Assembly: GCF_001194135.2 (NCBI RefSeq)
Contig: NC_069001.1
Span: forward strand, 1,385,601 to 1,430,731
Length of the DNA: 45,131 nt
Direction: 5' to 3'
DNA from: Octopus bimaculoides
Taxonomy: Eukaryota
Shown: piece after piece, positions 1 to 14,661 of the stretch
Numbering within the stretch: the first letter of the stretch is position 1
How the letters are laid out: every line of letters begins with the position of its first letter
Position numbers and translations under genes: made by a program
The notes under the pieces: model-generated
The model's database searches: none
What the model was told of the DNA's origin: nothing
What the model saw: the letters and a program-made list of their open reading frames with translations, nothing else

Positions 1-1517
1 GAGTTGGAAAGCGAGCTGGTTATGTTTGTGTTTGCACGCGAGTCAAAGAGGAAATGGTGGAAGAAGTGGTGATTCAGAGAGAGAGAGAGAGAGAGAGATC
101 GAATACAATAGGGAGGGAGAGGGAGAGGGAGAGGGAGAACCGGCAGCAGTACATCATGCTGGTCAAATTCGTTAGGTTTTTAGAAAAAAAGTTGAAAGAA
201 ACACAACAGTGTTTAAACGTGAGATTAAATGTTTAAATCGGTAACAGAAATGAGAGTTAAAAATCGTAATTTTTAAAGGGGGTTAGAGACAAATTTCAGT
301 CAGGTTTGGGCTAAGGAGCAAAACTTTGACAAGTAGAGGCGAAGACGATAGATCGCGTGAGATAGAGAAAAAATACATAAATAATCATGAATTCAAGACA
401 TAAATGTATAGTTAGAGAAAACGAAGTGGGGTGGTGGAAGGGGAGCGCATCAGAAGGGATAATATATGAAAAATAGGAATGACTTAGCTATTGTTCATGT
501 CTTGGTGAGCTTCGTCGTGGGTTCTATTAGCATAGAGATTCCAAATTCCACCCATGCCCATCCAGTGTTGCATGTCCTTCCTTTTGTATTTTTAAGACAG
601 TAGGATGTAATCTAAAGAAAATCTAGCTGCTATTTCTAACAGGCAAGTCAAGTGACTATATAGGGCAGAGGTTCTCAATCGGGGTCCATATGACTTTTAG
701 GGGTCCACATAAGGTTTGGTTAAAGTCCAGGAGCAAAAATTTGGTTATACTTGTACAATACACAAAATATTTCAACAACTGTTTTTTTTTATACAATTCC
801 TAAAACTATAATAGGATTTTAATCAGTAACCCTGTAATTCATTCTATTCCTCATCCTCGTTTAATGTTTGTTTCCCATGCTGGCATGGGTTGGGTGGTTA
901 AAACAGGATCTAATGGGGGTAAGGATCATGTTGTGCTCCCCTGTCTATTATAGCATCATTTCTATGGTTGGGTGCCCTTCCTAGCAGCAACCCATTATAG
1001 CATGTACAGGGTCCTTTTTACTGTGACCCTGGCACTAGTACGGGCACCATACAGTTTACAGGAGTATGAAACCCAAAGGGTGTTATGGGAGAATCCTGAA
1101 CACCCCCACGTGACTGAAGGTGGACTAACCGATTACAATAAATAAGTACTGAGTGAACTGTCGGATGGGGAGGAGCTGATGGTGTTAGTTCAACTGTATT
1201 GGTTTAACAGTAATACAGGGTATCGTACCCACGCTCAAGTCGTACGGAGTGCGTTCTATGTTAAGTATTTCTACAATAGGTTATTTTTAGATAACCACAA
1301 CCAACTATTTGTCTAATACCATTTTACACCAGACGTGTACACCCACGTCATAACAGAGGGATAGGGCTTTATGCTAGGGGACGACGGTTAAGGGATGTGA
1401 GAAGAGATGGTGGACCTGGTTCCTGTTGCATGGCTACAATTACTGTGAAATTAGGACAAAAATAATAAATTTAAAATGATATAATGAAGAGGAGGTATCA
1501 GATTCCTTTTCACTTAC

Positions 1518-1752
1518 TTGTCAAGGACATGGTAGGCTGTTATTTGGACAGCGTAGAGTTTCGATAAGAGCATTGGGCAGAACTGGTCAAGAATGGTTTC
1601 CAGCTTCTCGCTGGACGACAGACTGGTAGAGCTGGTTTCCTTCAGAGGTGTGTTTAATAGTCGGTCTTGTGGGCAGTGGGTTAGAACCTGCCCTAGCCAA
1701 GCAACAACAGGGTGTTGTACGTCAGAATCCTTCTCTGATGACAATACACTTT
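1518..1752 (-). CDS. LTN1: LTN1 exon 23 (last one I can place in the window)
   Basis: actccag|AA..AA|gtaagt; MLLSKLYAVQITAYHVLDK. Confidence 0.88.
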
Positions 1753-4700
1753 CTGGAGTGATAGAGAAATAATAATAATAATAATAATGGTTTCTTTTAT
1801 TGGCCACAAGGGCTAATATATACAAACATAAAAGAACATACAATAACATTAAAAAACAAAACAACGGACTATACAATGGGTTTTCATGTTTGTGTACACA
1901 GTAAATAACAAAAAAATTAATCAATATAAATCTCCCAATAGGTGCTTTAAAGGTTACTCATGGAAAAACTCACAAAAGCCATAAATAGCTTGAAGAATAG
2001 AAAAAGAAGAGACCCACCTGCTGTTTGGATGTAGAGTGGAATAACGAGAGCGTAAACGGCTTCACTGAAGAATTCATTCCATTCCGAGATGACATTGTCA
2101 GGGATGTTGGTGTGTGAGTCTTGCAGGCTGGCAGCCATCTTGTAGAGCAGCTCACATATTCCTACCATAAATAGTTGCACCTGTACAGGTGAGCCACTCA
2201 GGCATTTCGTCTCACTGGCGCTCTGGGAACAAGAAATAAATTAAGATAGGAAGGTACGGAGACAGGTATGCAATTAGGTAGATATTCGGTTCAGGTTCAG
2301 CCCTGTTGTGCAGTACCTTGGGGGCAAGGGTCCTCTATAGCCCCAGGCTGGCCAATGCTTTGTGAGTGAATTCAATAGAAACTGCATGGAAAGCCAGTGA
2401 CTGCAGCCATGCTGGAGCACTGCCTTGAAGAATATTAGTCAAACAAATCAATGCCAAGATTTATTTGTTGAACTGCTAAGTCATGGGGGACATAAATACA
2501 CCAACACCATTGTCAAGCAGTGATAGGGGACAAACTCACATTCATATGACAGGCTTCTGTGTGCATGTGTGTTCCCCACCCACTGCTCGACAACTAGTGT
2601 CCTCTGCAACAGCATTTCAGCAAAAGGGACCAACGTCCTTGGGTTGATTCATTTGATTAAAACCCTTCAAGGCGATGCTCCAGTATGGCCACAGTCGAAT
2701 GACAAACAAAATCAAAAAATAAGATCATCATCATCATCGTTTTAACGTCCACTTTCCATGCTGTATGTATGCTGGTGTATTTATGACCCCCTGTAACTTA
2801 GCAGTTCAGCAAAATTGACCGATAGAATAAGTATCAGGCTTAAAAAAAAAGTACTGAGGTTGATTCCTTTGACTAACATTCTTCAAGGCAGTGCTCCAGC
2901 ATGGCCACAGTCTAATGATTGAAACATGAGACACACACACAATGGGCTTCTCGCTGTCTTCATCTGCAAAACTCTCTCACAAGGCAATGGTCAGCCTGGG
3001 GCTCAAGCCAAAAGATATTTGACCAAGGTTCCACACAGTGACTGAACACTAAAAAATGCAGCTGACTGCCAGCATGTAACGAAAGGTCACATCTTACCTG
3101 AAGCCATGAAACAGCACTGCAGAGAATGAAATCACACTGGTCATTGTCGAGGACTGACAGCTGTGACCACATCAGCTTGAGGAAGTTCATCACCTCCACA
3201 TTAAAATGAACAGCATGAGGAGATGCTGAGGTGATGTTGCTGTAATCAAAACAAATAACTTGAGATTACTGATTGGAAACCAGAGACGATGTGGTCGAGA
3301 AACAAAGTTCCAAACCACACAGCCATGCTTGTCCACACACACACACACACACAGAGGGACTAAACGTGAGTATAGTGGGTGAAGGGGATTTAGGGACTCA
3401 ATGCATTTGTTTTGGGGAGGGGAAAAGGACATGGATGTCTGGTGGACAGGTGTTAGCAGGGTGAGAAGTGGAGGTGAGGTGGGTGAATTGATTGCAACAA
3501 CAACTATTAGCACAGTAAACCTTACAAATAAAAGAGAAAGTCATCCCCAGTGAGGAGACAAGAACCACCATAACATACATCACGTACTTACATGTGGAAA
3601 AGGAAATGGTCCCCAGAGTGACGCCATTCACTCAGAGTATTTAAGAGGTCAATGAAGATCGACTGCTTGTCAGGGTCTTCGTGGAACTTCCATTTACCTG
3701 TTGCCATGGTGATAAGGGGCAGTAGACCTACAGCACCTTGAAGGTGAAAAAGGAGAGAGAGAGAGAACATTACAATTTATCAAAGACATATCCTAATTTT
3801 ATACTATGATGATGCTGATAATGCCTTAACCAAGGAAAGACACCATAGATGATGTAATCCTGCAAGTATTGTGTTTAGGGAAAAGATGAGGTAGGCAAGG
3901 GTGGAATACTTTTGATCACTGGTCTGAGTGGTTTAAACTGGCCTGGGGTTAAATAACAACAAAAACCAAGCTGACAAGAGAGGCAATGGGAAGTCATTGC
4001 CTGAAAACAAAAGGAGATGGTCATGGCTGGAACAGCTTTGATCAATAACTGTACTCAGTAGTGGCTGACCTGGGGTTAAACAAGTACAAATGTGTAACAA
4101 GCTGATGAGGAAGCCTCTATGAGAAGTCATTGCCTGAAAATGAGATGGGATGGTCATGACTGGAATAGCTTTGATCACGAGTGTATTCTCAGTTCTGGGT
4201 TGACCTGGGGCTAAAAGGTTACAAAGAAAGCGAGAGAGAGGGTTTACTTACAGCTGAGAGAGAAGAGGTTGTCACTGGGTAACGAGAGCAGCTTTGTGAC
4301 GAGGACTTGTGTAATGTTCCAAGAAGCAGACGAGGTGCAGTGCTGTATCAACATGCGTAACATCTGCAGGTGTTTCTCTGTGAATTCTTCTTCAAAATAG
4401 GAACCAATTCTTAGAAAGTAGAAAAAAAAAAACATGGAAATAAATAAGTATAATTGAAGGGGAACAAATTAAATTAATCCTTTAGCATTTTAGATTATTT
4501 TGCCAAATGCAATGGTTATTCATTCCCGTTGTTTCAGAATTAGTCAGACATTATCTTTGTTCCAAAGGCAGTGAAATGCTGAGCAGTATTTTGCCTGTCT
4601 TTATGTTCTGAGTTCAAATTCCACTGAGGTTGACTTTGCCTTTCATCCTTTCAGGGGTTGAGAAATTAAGTACCAGTCGCATACTGGGGTCGATCTAATC

Positions 4701-7700
4701 GACTGGCTCCCTCCCCAACAAAAAACTTCCGGCCTTGTGCCTAGAGTAGAAAAGATTATCTTGCAGTTCCAACAAGATTCTGATAATGTGATTGTTTATT
4801 TTCAGAATGACATTGTAGGGTAGGTATGAGAAGCTGGATCTAGCTAGTATGAACACTGTGGCCATGCTGAGGCACCGCCTTGAAGAAGTTGAATAACTCG
4901 ACCCCAGGATTTAGTTTTAAGCCTAGTACTATTGGTCCCTTTTAACCAAACTGCCAAGTTACAGGGACATAAACAAACCAACACTAGTTGTCAAGTGGTG
5001 AGGGCGGGACAAACACACACAAAAACATGCACACAGATATATGTATATGTGATGGGCTTCATTCAGTTTCCATCTACCAAATCAACCACCCACAAGGCTT
5101 TGGTCAGCCTGAGACTATGACTGAAGATCCTTGCCCAAGGTACCACACAGCAGGACTGAACCTGGAACCATGTGGTTAGGAAGCAAACTTCTTACCACAC
5201 AACCAAACCTGTGCCTGTGATATGAATTTTTTTTGAAAAAGTAAGAAGTTCCAATAACACTAATGGAGGAAGTTATATGTTTTATGTTTTTGTAAATAAT
5301 AAAAAATAGATTTAAAAGAAAACAGAATTTCTTATTGTTTATATCTTTGATGCTTTTTTTAAAGATTGATTTGTATTTACCTGTTTTCGGAGAGTTTTTC
5401 ATGGAATTTTTGTTCCAACAGAAACTGCAAGCCCATAGCTTGCCAATGGCCATCAGATAAGACACTGTGAAAGAGGGAAAAGAAGACATCAAAAGTCATA
5501 TATGTGTTTGTGTGTGTGTGTATAAATACATATTTGGTATTAATTATTAGAGCGAACAAAAGTACAATTCCAAAAGTACTTTCCATGTATGTATAATTGC
5601 TTCTACACATAAACCAGTGTTTGAGGTGGGGAGGAAATGAGTGCATCATAATTGTATAAATATCTCTTAAAAATATAACATTGCAGCTCTGAGTAGACAA
5701 TCTGTAGCGAAAGGCATTTCAGTCATGACCATCCTATCTGAATATAATCTAACATAGGCCGCCTCTTTTGAAGTGGAGAGAGTGGAATGTGAAGGAAATT
5801 TGGTTGCAATTTCTAATGAGTCGAGCAACGATGGAGAAGTTCTAATGAAGTGGTCGTTATAGTAGTAGTAGCAATATTAAATAGATGTTGTAGTAGTAGT
5901 AGTAAAAAGATGTGAGATAGCGAGCAGCCACTGACCGTTGTGTGAAAAGGTCCAGTAATGTATCGGTCTGTTGATCGTCCAGGTTATCAAGGTGTTTGGT
6001 CATCTGCTTGTGTAATGTCGTCACAAACTTCTTCAGTTCACTATTCTGCAAAAGAAACACAACAACAACAATAATAATAATGGTTTCAAATTTTGGCACA
6101 TGGCCAGTAATTTTAGGGGTTGGGGTTAGTCAGTACTTGACTGGTCCTTCATTGATCTTGAAAGGATGAGAAGCCAAGCTGGCCTCAGAAGGAATTGAAC
6201 ACAGAACGTTAAGGGCTGGAAAGAATGCAACAAAAGCATAATTTCCAAGACTCTAAAGATTCTACCAGCTCTGTGCATTAGATGAAAGGAGGCATTGAAC
6301 TACAAATAGTCAAGAATTACTGGTCTAACCCAAGCCGGTATGGAAAAATAGACATAAAAATGAATGCAAAACAAAAAATATAAATAAAGTGACAGTTTTT
6401 ACCGTATTGTAGGTATCGACCCAACATTCAGAAACAGCGACTGAACAGAGCAAGTTGTAAAGGACATCAAGAAATTGGGGTGGGTTAAGTAAGCTGGTCA
6501 AGTGGTCAGTAGAATTCTCTGATAGACCATCTTGCAAGAAATCTAACAGAGATGTATGGAAGAGGCTAGTGAAGACTGTGGAAGTAGGGAAGTCTCCAGG
6601 TGGGACCTCAGGGTTTGGCTTATTGTGTCTTTGACAATCCCAGTAAGTAGCACTCAGCTGTCCAGTTATCATGAGATATTCCTCAAACTGAAAGACAAAA
6701 ACAAAAAAAAATTTTTAATTAAAATAAAATAAATATAAAAGTAAAATAAAGTTTCAGATTTCAGCACAAGGCCAGCAATTTTAGGGGGAAGAGAAAGTCT
6801 ATTACATCAACCCCAATAGATGACTGGTATCTTATTTTATCAACCTAGAAAGGATGACAGGCAAAGCTGACAATGACAGAATTTGAAAAGAACATGAATA
6901 GCTGGATTAAACGCACCAGACATTTTGTCTGATGCTCTACCAATTTTGCTAGTTTGCAATCTTAATTGTTTCTCATTTCGAAACACCTGAACAGAAACGG
7001 AGATCCTTACCTGTTTTGGTGGCAACACGTGTTCTGTCACAGTGAACAGGTGACTAAAGTGCTCAATCAAAAATGGACTGGTCAAACCATCATCTACTTC
7101 TGCAAACACTGTGTTTAACAAAGTCTTCACTTCTCCAAAGACAGTTTGTAACCTGCAAAGAAGCAGAAAAAATTAAAAATGGGAGAGGGTCAATGTAACA
7201 AGAAGAGGAGAGGGGGGGGGGGGAGTTGAGAAAAAGCAGATGTCGTCATCATTTTAATGTTTGCTTTTCACTGCTCTCAGGAGTCACATGCAATTTGTTG
7301 AGGCACAGATCCTGCGGCTGGATGCCCTTCCTGTTGCTTACCCTCATCTGTTTCCAAGTAAGATAATTTTCTGAAGATTAGATATGTCTTGGAGGAAATG
7401 AAGGACACTGCTTGCATGATGACAACATCTGTTTACAACTATTGATGATGATGATGACGATGTAAAGGCAAGGAGACAGCAATGCATGCACGCACATACA
7501 TGATGGGCTTCTTTTAGTCTCCATCAACCGAATCTACTCACAAGGCTTCAATCACCCACCTATAGTAAAAACACTTGTCCAAGGTGCCAAGCAGCAGGAC
7601 AGAACCCAGAACAATGTGGTTGGGGAAGCAAACTTCTTCCCATAAATTAATATATTAATTATCATCCATGCCAGCATGGAAAGCGGACGTTAAACGATGA

Positions 7701-8463
7701 TGATTACTATGAACATTCTCCTCCTCCTAATTGCTGCCATCACCATCCTAATCGTCGTCGTCATCGTCATCACCATCATAATCGTTGTTGTCACTACCAC
7801 CACCATCATTATCACCATACCTCATTTTTTATGTGGTCCAATTACAAAGAGGAAGCCACACAATTAGAAAGTTAACGAATTTACTAAACGAGGGACTCAC
7901 TGTTCTGTTGTGGCCACTTTGTACATGACTGTGTCTCGAACTGCCTGGAAAATGTTGAGGAAAAACCTGCTGATGCCCTTCGATGTTGAAGGCTGGCGAC
8001 GGTAGAGAGTCTGCATCCCATTGATGCAAACTTGACGAACTTCCTTTCGAGTGTGTTCTGTGGGACGAAGACAAAATATAACAAACATCGGTTAATGCGA
8101 GAAAGCAGACACAGAAGTCTGGTGCAGGCTTCTGCCTGGCTGGCTCCTATCAAACCACATCCAGCCCAAGCCAGTATGGAAGGCAGACATTAAACAATGA
8201 TCATATATACACACACATATATATATATATATATATCTAAATATATAAAATTCTTAAGGTCCACTTTTTCCATGCTAGTTAGCATGAGTCAGATGGAATT
8301 CATAGAGGCAGGTTTTTCTACAGCTGGATACTCTTTCTGTTGCCAATCCTCACCTGTTTCCATCTAAGGTAATATTTCCCCATGACCAGACATGTTTTCA
8401 AATGACTCCACTTGTATGACAGAGATGCTTAGTTAAAACCATTACATGATGTTAAGACAAGGA

Positions 8464-8500
<37 letters not shown>

Positions 8501-11500
8501 GCTTCTTCCAGTTTCCATCCACCCAAATCCACTGTCAAGGCTCTGGTTGGCTCAAGTCTATATAAGAAAATACCTGTCTGAAGTACCATGCAGTGGGACT
8601 GAACCTGAAACCATGTGGATGGGAGGTCAACTTCTGGTTGGTGAACCAGTGCCGCAAAAGAAAAAAAAAACAGATAATAGTTTAAGAATGTGAGGGAATT
8701 TACCTGAAACAGTCAAATCAGTTTCCAGAACAAATTTGTACAAAATGAGGATTAAATCTTCAGCAGAGTTGCTTAGCGAACAATCCTGCAAAAAAGAAAG
8801 AACAGAAAAATGATCACATACAACAACAACAACAGTAGTAGGAACTATCACAGAATTTGTAATTGTATAAATAGTAGGTGTGGTTGTGTGGTAAGAAGCT
8901 TGCTTCCTAACACAACATGGTTCTGGGTTCAGTCCCATCGCCTGACACCTTAGGCAAGTGTCTTCTGCTACAACCTTGATAGATGGAAACTGAAAGAAGC
9001 CCATCATATGTGTGTGTGTGTGTGTGTGTGTGTCATTGTGTACATATTTGTCCCCCACTACCACTTGACACCAGTGTTGGTTTGTGTATGTCCCCATAAC
9101 TTAGCAGTCCAGCAAAAGAGATGGATAGAAGAAGCACTAGGCATAAAAAAAAGTCTTTTTTATAGCTGGATGCCCTCATCATCATCATCAATACCCTTCC
9201 GGCTTAATCCTTTGGCATTCACATTACTCTGTCAAATGTAATGCTTTTTTCATCTGCATTGTTTTGAATCCATCCTGCATCACCTCGTGCTATTGTTTAT
9301 TTTTTAAGAATGACATTGTAGGGTAAGTGTGAGGGGCTGGATCTGGCCAGTTTGAACATAGAACAGGTAGAACCTTGTGGCCTGACATGGCTGGTAAATT
9401 CTCACCTCTAGTCCCTGGAAGAAACTAGCCAACACTTTGGCAACAAACTGCATCGAGAGGTCAGTCTTATGGTTGTCCTTGCACAGTTTTAACTTCTTCA
9501 ATGTTGAGTGAATGACAAAAAATATCTTTTCAATATATTTCATCTGAAGAAGTGGTTCTGAAACAAAACGAAAAAGAATTTAAAACATTTTTTGCATCCT
9601 CTTATTATTTTATAACAAAATTAAATACTCTGATCTTGTTTCAATTTTGATTTCATATTTTAGCACAAGGCCAGCAAGTTCGGGGGAGGGCGTAAGTTGA
9701 TTATACCGACACCCAGTACATGACTGGTACTTTATTTTATTGACCTTGAAAGGATGGAAGGTAAAGTTAACCTCGATAGAATTTGAACTCAGATCATAAA
9801 GACAGATAAAATGCTGCCCCGCATTCTGGTGGTTTTGTCAGCTTGCCGCCTTTTTGTTTCAATAAATTTCGAAAATAATGAAGAAGAATTTAGTAAAACA
9901 AAAAGTTTGTATCATAGGACCCGGCCGAGTGGTTTCAAAAGGGTTCAACCTACCTGATTGAGAATTTGATGACAAAGCCACAGTGAGGACAGACCAGTTG
10001 TGCTCAACATCGGAAAGTTCAACCCCAGCAGCTGGTGGCACAAGAGCCTGGGCACACACGTCTTCAGTGATGGACACCAGCAGCTCACCAAGAGTAGACG
10101 TTTCCAGCCACTTGGATATGGCTGAGACCTTCCGACGCGACGACAGCAGCTCCAGCAAGAACACTTTCAGCAAATGTCTGTCACCGTTGAGATTCTGTTG
10201 AAGGAAATGGGAAAATGTCAGAGACAACACCAAAATAGTTTTGAAGGTACATACCCCAGATTATTCTCAAGGACTCAAAAATGTCTCATGGCTTGAGCAC
10301 AAGACCAAAAGGGACGATTTATGACCTCATTCCACCAATTTCTAATGTTGACAGGATTTGCTAGTCACTGCCATTGTGGACAAAGACCATTCAATTATAT
10401 TGCGGGTATAACTGGCAGCCCCGTTGGTTATGATGGTGAGGGTTCCAGTTGGTCTGATCAACGGAACAGTCAGCTCATGAAATTAACATACAAGTAGCTG
10501 AGCACTCCACAGACACATGAAGGCCACATCAACAGGTGACATTACTAGGAGCTCAGAAGCATTAGACTAAACAATGAGATGATAGCAATGAGTTGAGTGT
10601 GTGAGTGCATGTGAAGGAATTTTCTGGAAAAAACGAGTTAACTTACATGGCACAGGTGGTCCAAGAAGGTGACAATATGGCCAGTATCATTAAACAATGG
10701 TAACAACATAAAGATGGCATTAAACAGATAGACATCACTTTGTCGTTGTTGTTGCTGCTTTTCAGAATGGTGCATTTTGTGGAGCCAATTTAGAAGCATG
10801 TCAGTGGCAAAACTCCTGAAGATATTCCCATCCTCGTGATTGTCTTTCGCAGGACCAAGTTGTTTGATGATGCTTTCTGATGGATAGAGTCGCAGGTATT
10901 TGACAAAAAGGTAAAGGCGCCACTCTTCAAGGTTGTCATTGACGAGTGAGAAGGCCTTGTGGATTAATTTTGATATATACTGCTCCTGGAATTGGGTTAG
11001 TGATGCAGTGCTGCTAACTGAAGTTGACATGGATCGTTCATCAATGGAGAGGTCCAACATTGGTGAACTTGAGAACTTAACAGAGGATGCCTTACCAGAT
11101 GGGTTCGTAGGAGATTTCTTTGAGTAAAGCAAAAGTTCGGCAAGTTGAGTGAGTCTCTCTGGTAAATAATTCCTTGAAGAACAGTTTTCTTCGGTCAAGG
11201 AATCGATACATTTTAATGTGATCCCTGTGACGCTGGCCCAGCATTTGTGCGCAATGCTGTCGCTGATATCATTGTCAGCGTCCTTCGCAGAGGTGTTCTC
11301 TGCACCTGAGGAATGAAGTTCAGTTAAGGAGCTGAGCAGAGTGCCTAGCTGACTGTAAAGGGTAGATTTCGAAAGGGTTCCTCTCCGTTCCACAAGAGAT
11401 TCTAACAACAAGGGTTCAAGCTGCAACAGTAAAACAGAAATATAATGGTTTTGAATCTTGACACAAGACCAGGAATTTCATGGGGAGGAAGTCGATTAGA

Positions 11501-12644
11501 TTGACCCCAGTGCATAACCGGTACTTATTTTATTGACCCTGAAAGGATGAAAGGCAAAGTTAACCATGGAGGAATTATAAACCCAGAAGAAATGCTGTTA
11601 AGACTATTTTCTAGTGTGCAAATGATCCTGCCTAACAAGGACAATTAAGTATTTACATATTTCTTATACACAGGGTACCCAATTCTATTTTCATAGTTTC
11701 CCAGATTATTTTGGCTTCATTAGCAATCGCACAGTTATATATAGCTTAAACGAAAGAGAAAAGGATAGACAAAAGATATGGAAGTCAGATCTCTGCAGAA
11801 AAATCAAAATATTGTGCTTTGGAAGATCTGTTGTTGTATGGAACAGGGAGATGGACCCTGACTCAAGCAGTTGAGAAGAAACTGGACACTTAAATGCTTA
11901 GGGTTGTACGAAACATAAACTGGGGTCAATGCATAACAAATGAAAGTTTAACTGGAAACTTGCTCAAGATAACAACTACAATTGCTCAAAGATGGTTACA
12001 ATTTGCAGGACATTGCTGGAGAAGTAAGCAGGAAATGATACACAAACTACTGTTGTGGGAACCAGCTTGTGGGAGACACATCAGAGGAAGACCTGCTTGA
12101 AGATTCATCGATCAGTTCTCTGAGGATACAAACCTCAGTGAGGGGCAGTAGCCAGGAGCAATGGAAAATAGCGAATTGTGGAGAGACTTTGGCAAGAATG
12201 TTCGACCATGGTCACAAGAGGGATAAACTAAAGACCACCAGAAAGAAAGATAGCAAAAACGGATGTGAAAACGGAATGTTAGATTATATATCAAAGCACT
12301 AACCTGGTCCATGAATACACGATGACAAGTGTTTAAATCCCCATCTCTCAAGTCCATCTTCACCATGTAGTGGACACATTCCATAAAGGAAGTGACCATG
12401 GCTGAACACTCACTACCACTCCGCTGGACACTGTCTTTACAAATGCTGGAAAGGACAATAATGGGAAAAAGAATAACAAAATAGTTATAAGGGTGGAGGG
12501 GTCTGATGCAGATCATTAAGTACCAGGCAGCAGTCAAAAGAATTTCATTTCTATTCTATTTCACTATCACAATCTGCAAGGTGTTTTAGCATTATATACA
12601 TATTAAATAGGCATATGTGCAGGAATGGCCATGTAGATGAGAAG

Positions 12645-12704
<60 letters not shown>

Positions 12705-13147
12705 GATAGATAGATAGATAAGTTATAGATTATGCACCTTATTGCATTTTGTTAAGTGTGATTCCCCCACTTCTGTAAAAAAAAGCTATCTTACATGAAA
12801 GCATACTGTAGTAAAAAATACAGTTGAAAACCACATTTCTAAGACATATACACACACACATTACACAAATGCACACGACACATGCATAAACACATACAAT
12901 CCATACACACACATATATATACATACAATACTAACCCAGTTTTGAAGCAGGAGAAGAACTGCTCATAGAATTGTAGAGATTGTCCATTAAAGTCTGTGGG
13001 GAATTTGCTGAGTAATGGCAGAATACTAGGACTGATAACTGCAGCGTTTCCATGGCAACCTTCAGTCAGCACATTTCTGAATTTAGGCCACACAGCTTTC
13101 GGCACACTTACAAACTGCCAACATTCCTGGAAAATAGAATTACGTTT

Positions 13148-13187
<40 letters not shown>

Positions 13188-14597
13188 ATAAAAACGCACA
13201 CTAAGACACACAGACAGATAAATAACCTGTGAAGTTAGATGAGTAAAACACAGAAAAACAGCACAAAAATATAAAGCAAAATCAATAGCAATCAAAGAAT
13301 AGGTACAATGAAAATAAATGGAAGGGGACATCTATCACTTACTTGCTTCAGTCACTGGACTGTAGCCATGCTGGAGCACTGCACCTTGAAGGGTTTAGCT
13401 GATCAAATCAACCCTGAGCATTTATTTTTCATATTTATTCTATTCTTTTCTCAAGCCACAGTCATGGGGACATAAACAAACCAACACTGGTTGCCAAGTG
13501 GTGGAATTACAGATATAAAGATATGCACACAAACATATACACACACACATAAACACACACACGACAGGCTTTTTCAGTTTCTTTCTACCAAATCCACTCA
13601 CAAGCCTTTTGGTTGGTTCTGGGTCAAAGACATTTGGTTGGTTCTGCAGTCAAAGACATTTGTCCAAGGTGCTACGCAGTGAGACAGAAGAGGATCAAAC
13701 ATTTTAGGTTATACTCTTTATCAAAAAGAAGAGAAAGAAACTGACACAGGGGAGAGGATAAATGATGAAGACGACACTTACTGATGAAATATTGATGAGG
13801 GAGAGTACAGCTTCCCAAACCGAGCCACTGACAACGACCTCATTCTCATCGAGGTTTAGTAGAATGCAAGGACTAAGTTTCTTCATATTGTCAATAGCAA
13901 CATCTGGAAGAACTTGGCAAAGACTGGCCAGGAACAGGTAAGATGAGCTGCGTATCTGCAAGAGAAATTGGAAACAGATCTTGGTTCTTGGAAAACAGAA
14001 ATCACAAATTTGTATCTATGCATCATCATCATCATCGTTTTAACAGCTATTATTCTCTATTTGCATAGGTTGGATGGAATTTACTGAGGCAGATTTCCTA
14101 TGGCTGGATGCCCTTCCTGTCACCAACTTCTCGTTTCCAAACAAGGTAATATTTCCCCCATGGCCAGACTTTTTTTTGTCACAGGAAATGAAGGACATCA
14201 CTTCTATGACAGCACAGCCACACACATCCTTCAACAAAGGATTCTTTCAGTTTTCATCTACCAAACCCACACACACATAATTCGAAGAGAGTTAGAGGCT
14301 GTGAATCCAACTAAGGGATTATATCTATCCAATATACTGCTGGTAGAGCACCCAATTATTAATGCAGTGTTTTTTTCATTGCATGGCAATTACACTACTG
14401 AATGTAATAAATGGGTGAGGGTAAAAAGTTGTTTTACCCTTAATTTATATTGCAATAAGAAAATGGTATTTTTATATATGTAAAGCACAATATGTTATAC
14501 ATGTATGTATATTGTTATAATTGTTTTTTTTTTTAAATAGACATAATATGTCTAAAAGTTGATGAATACCACCTCTTGATCCCCTCCATTTTCTTAT

Positions 14598-14661
<64 letters not shown>

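Noticed and set aside
1090-1400. Unique-looking stretch as a further LTN1 exon or gene
   Set aside because: I found no open frame with usable splice sites matching the next expected listerin segment.
7829-8153. Alternative frames and an upstream acceptor (..gcaccag) for LTN1 exon 14
   Set aside because: Only the acceptor at 8057 has a pyrimidine tract and also satisfies both flanking phases.
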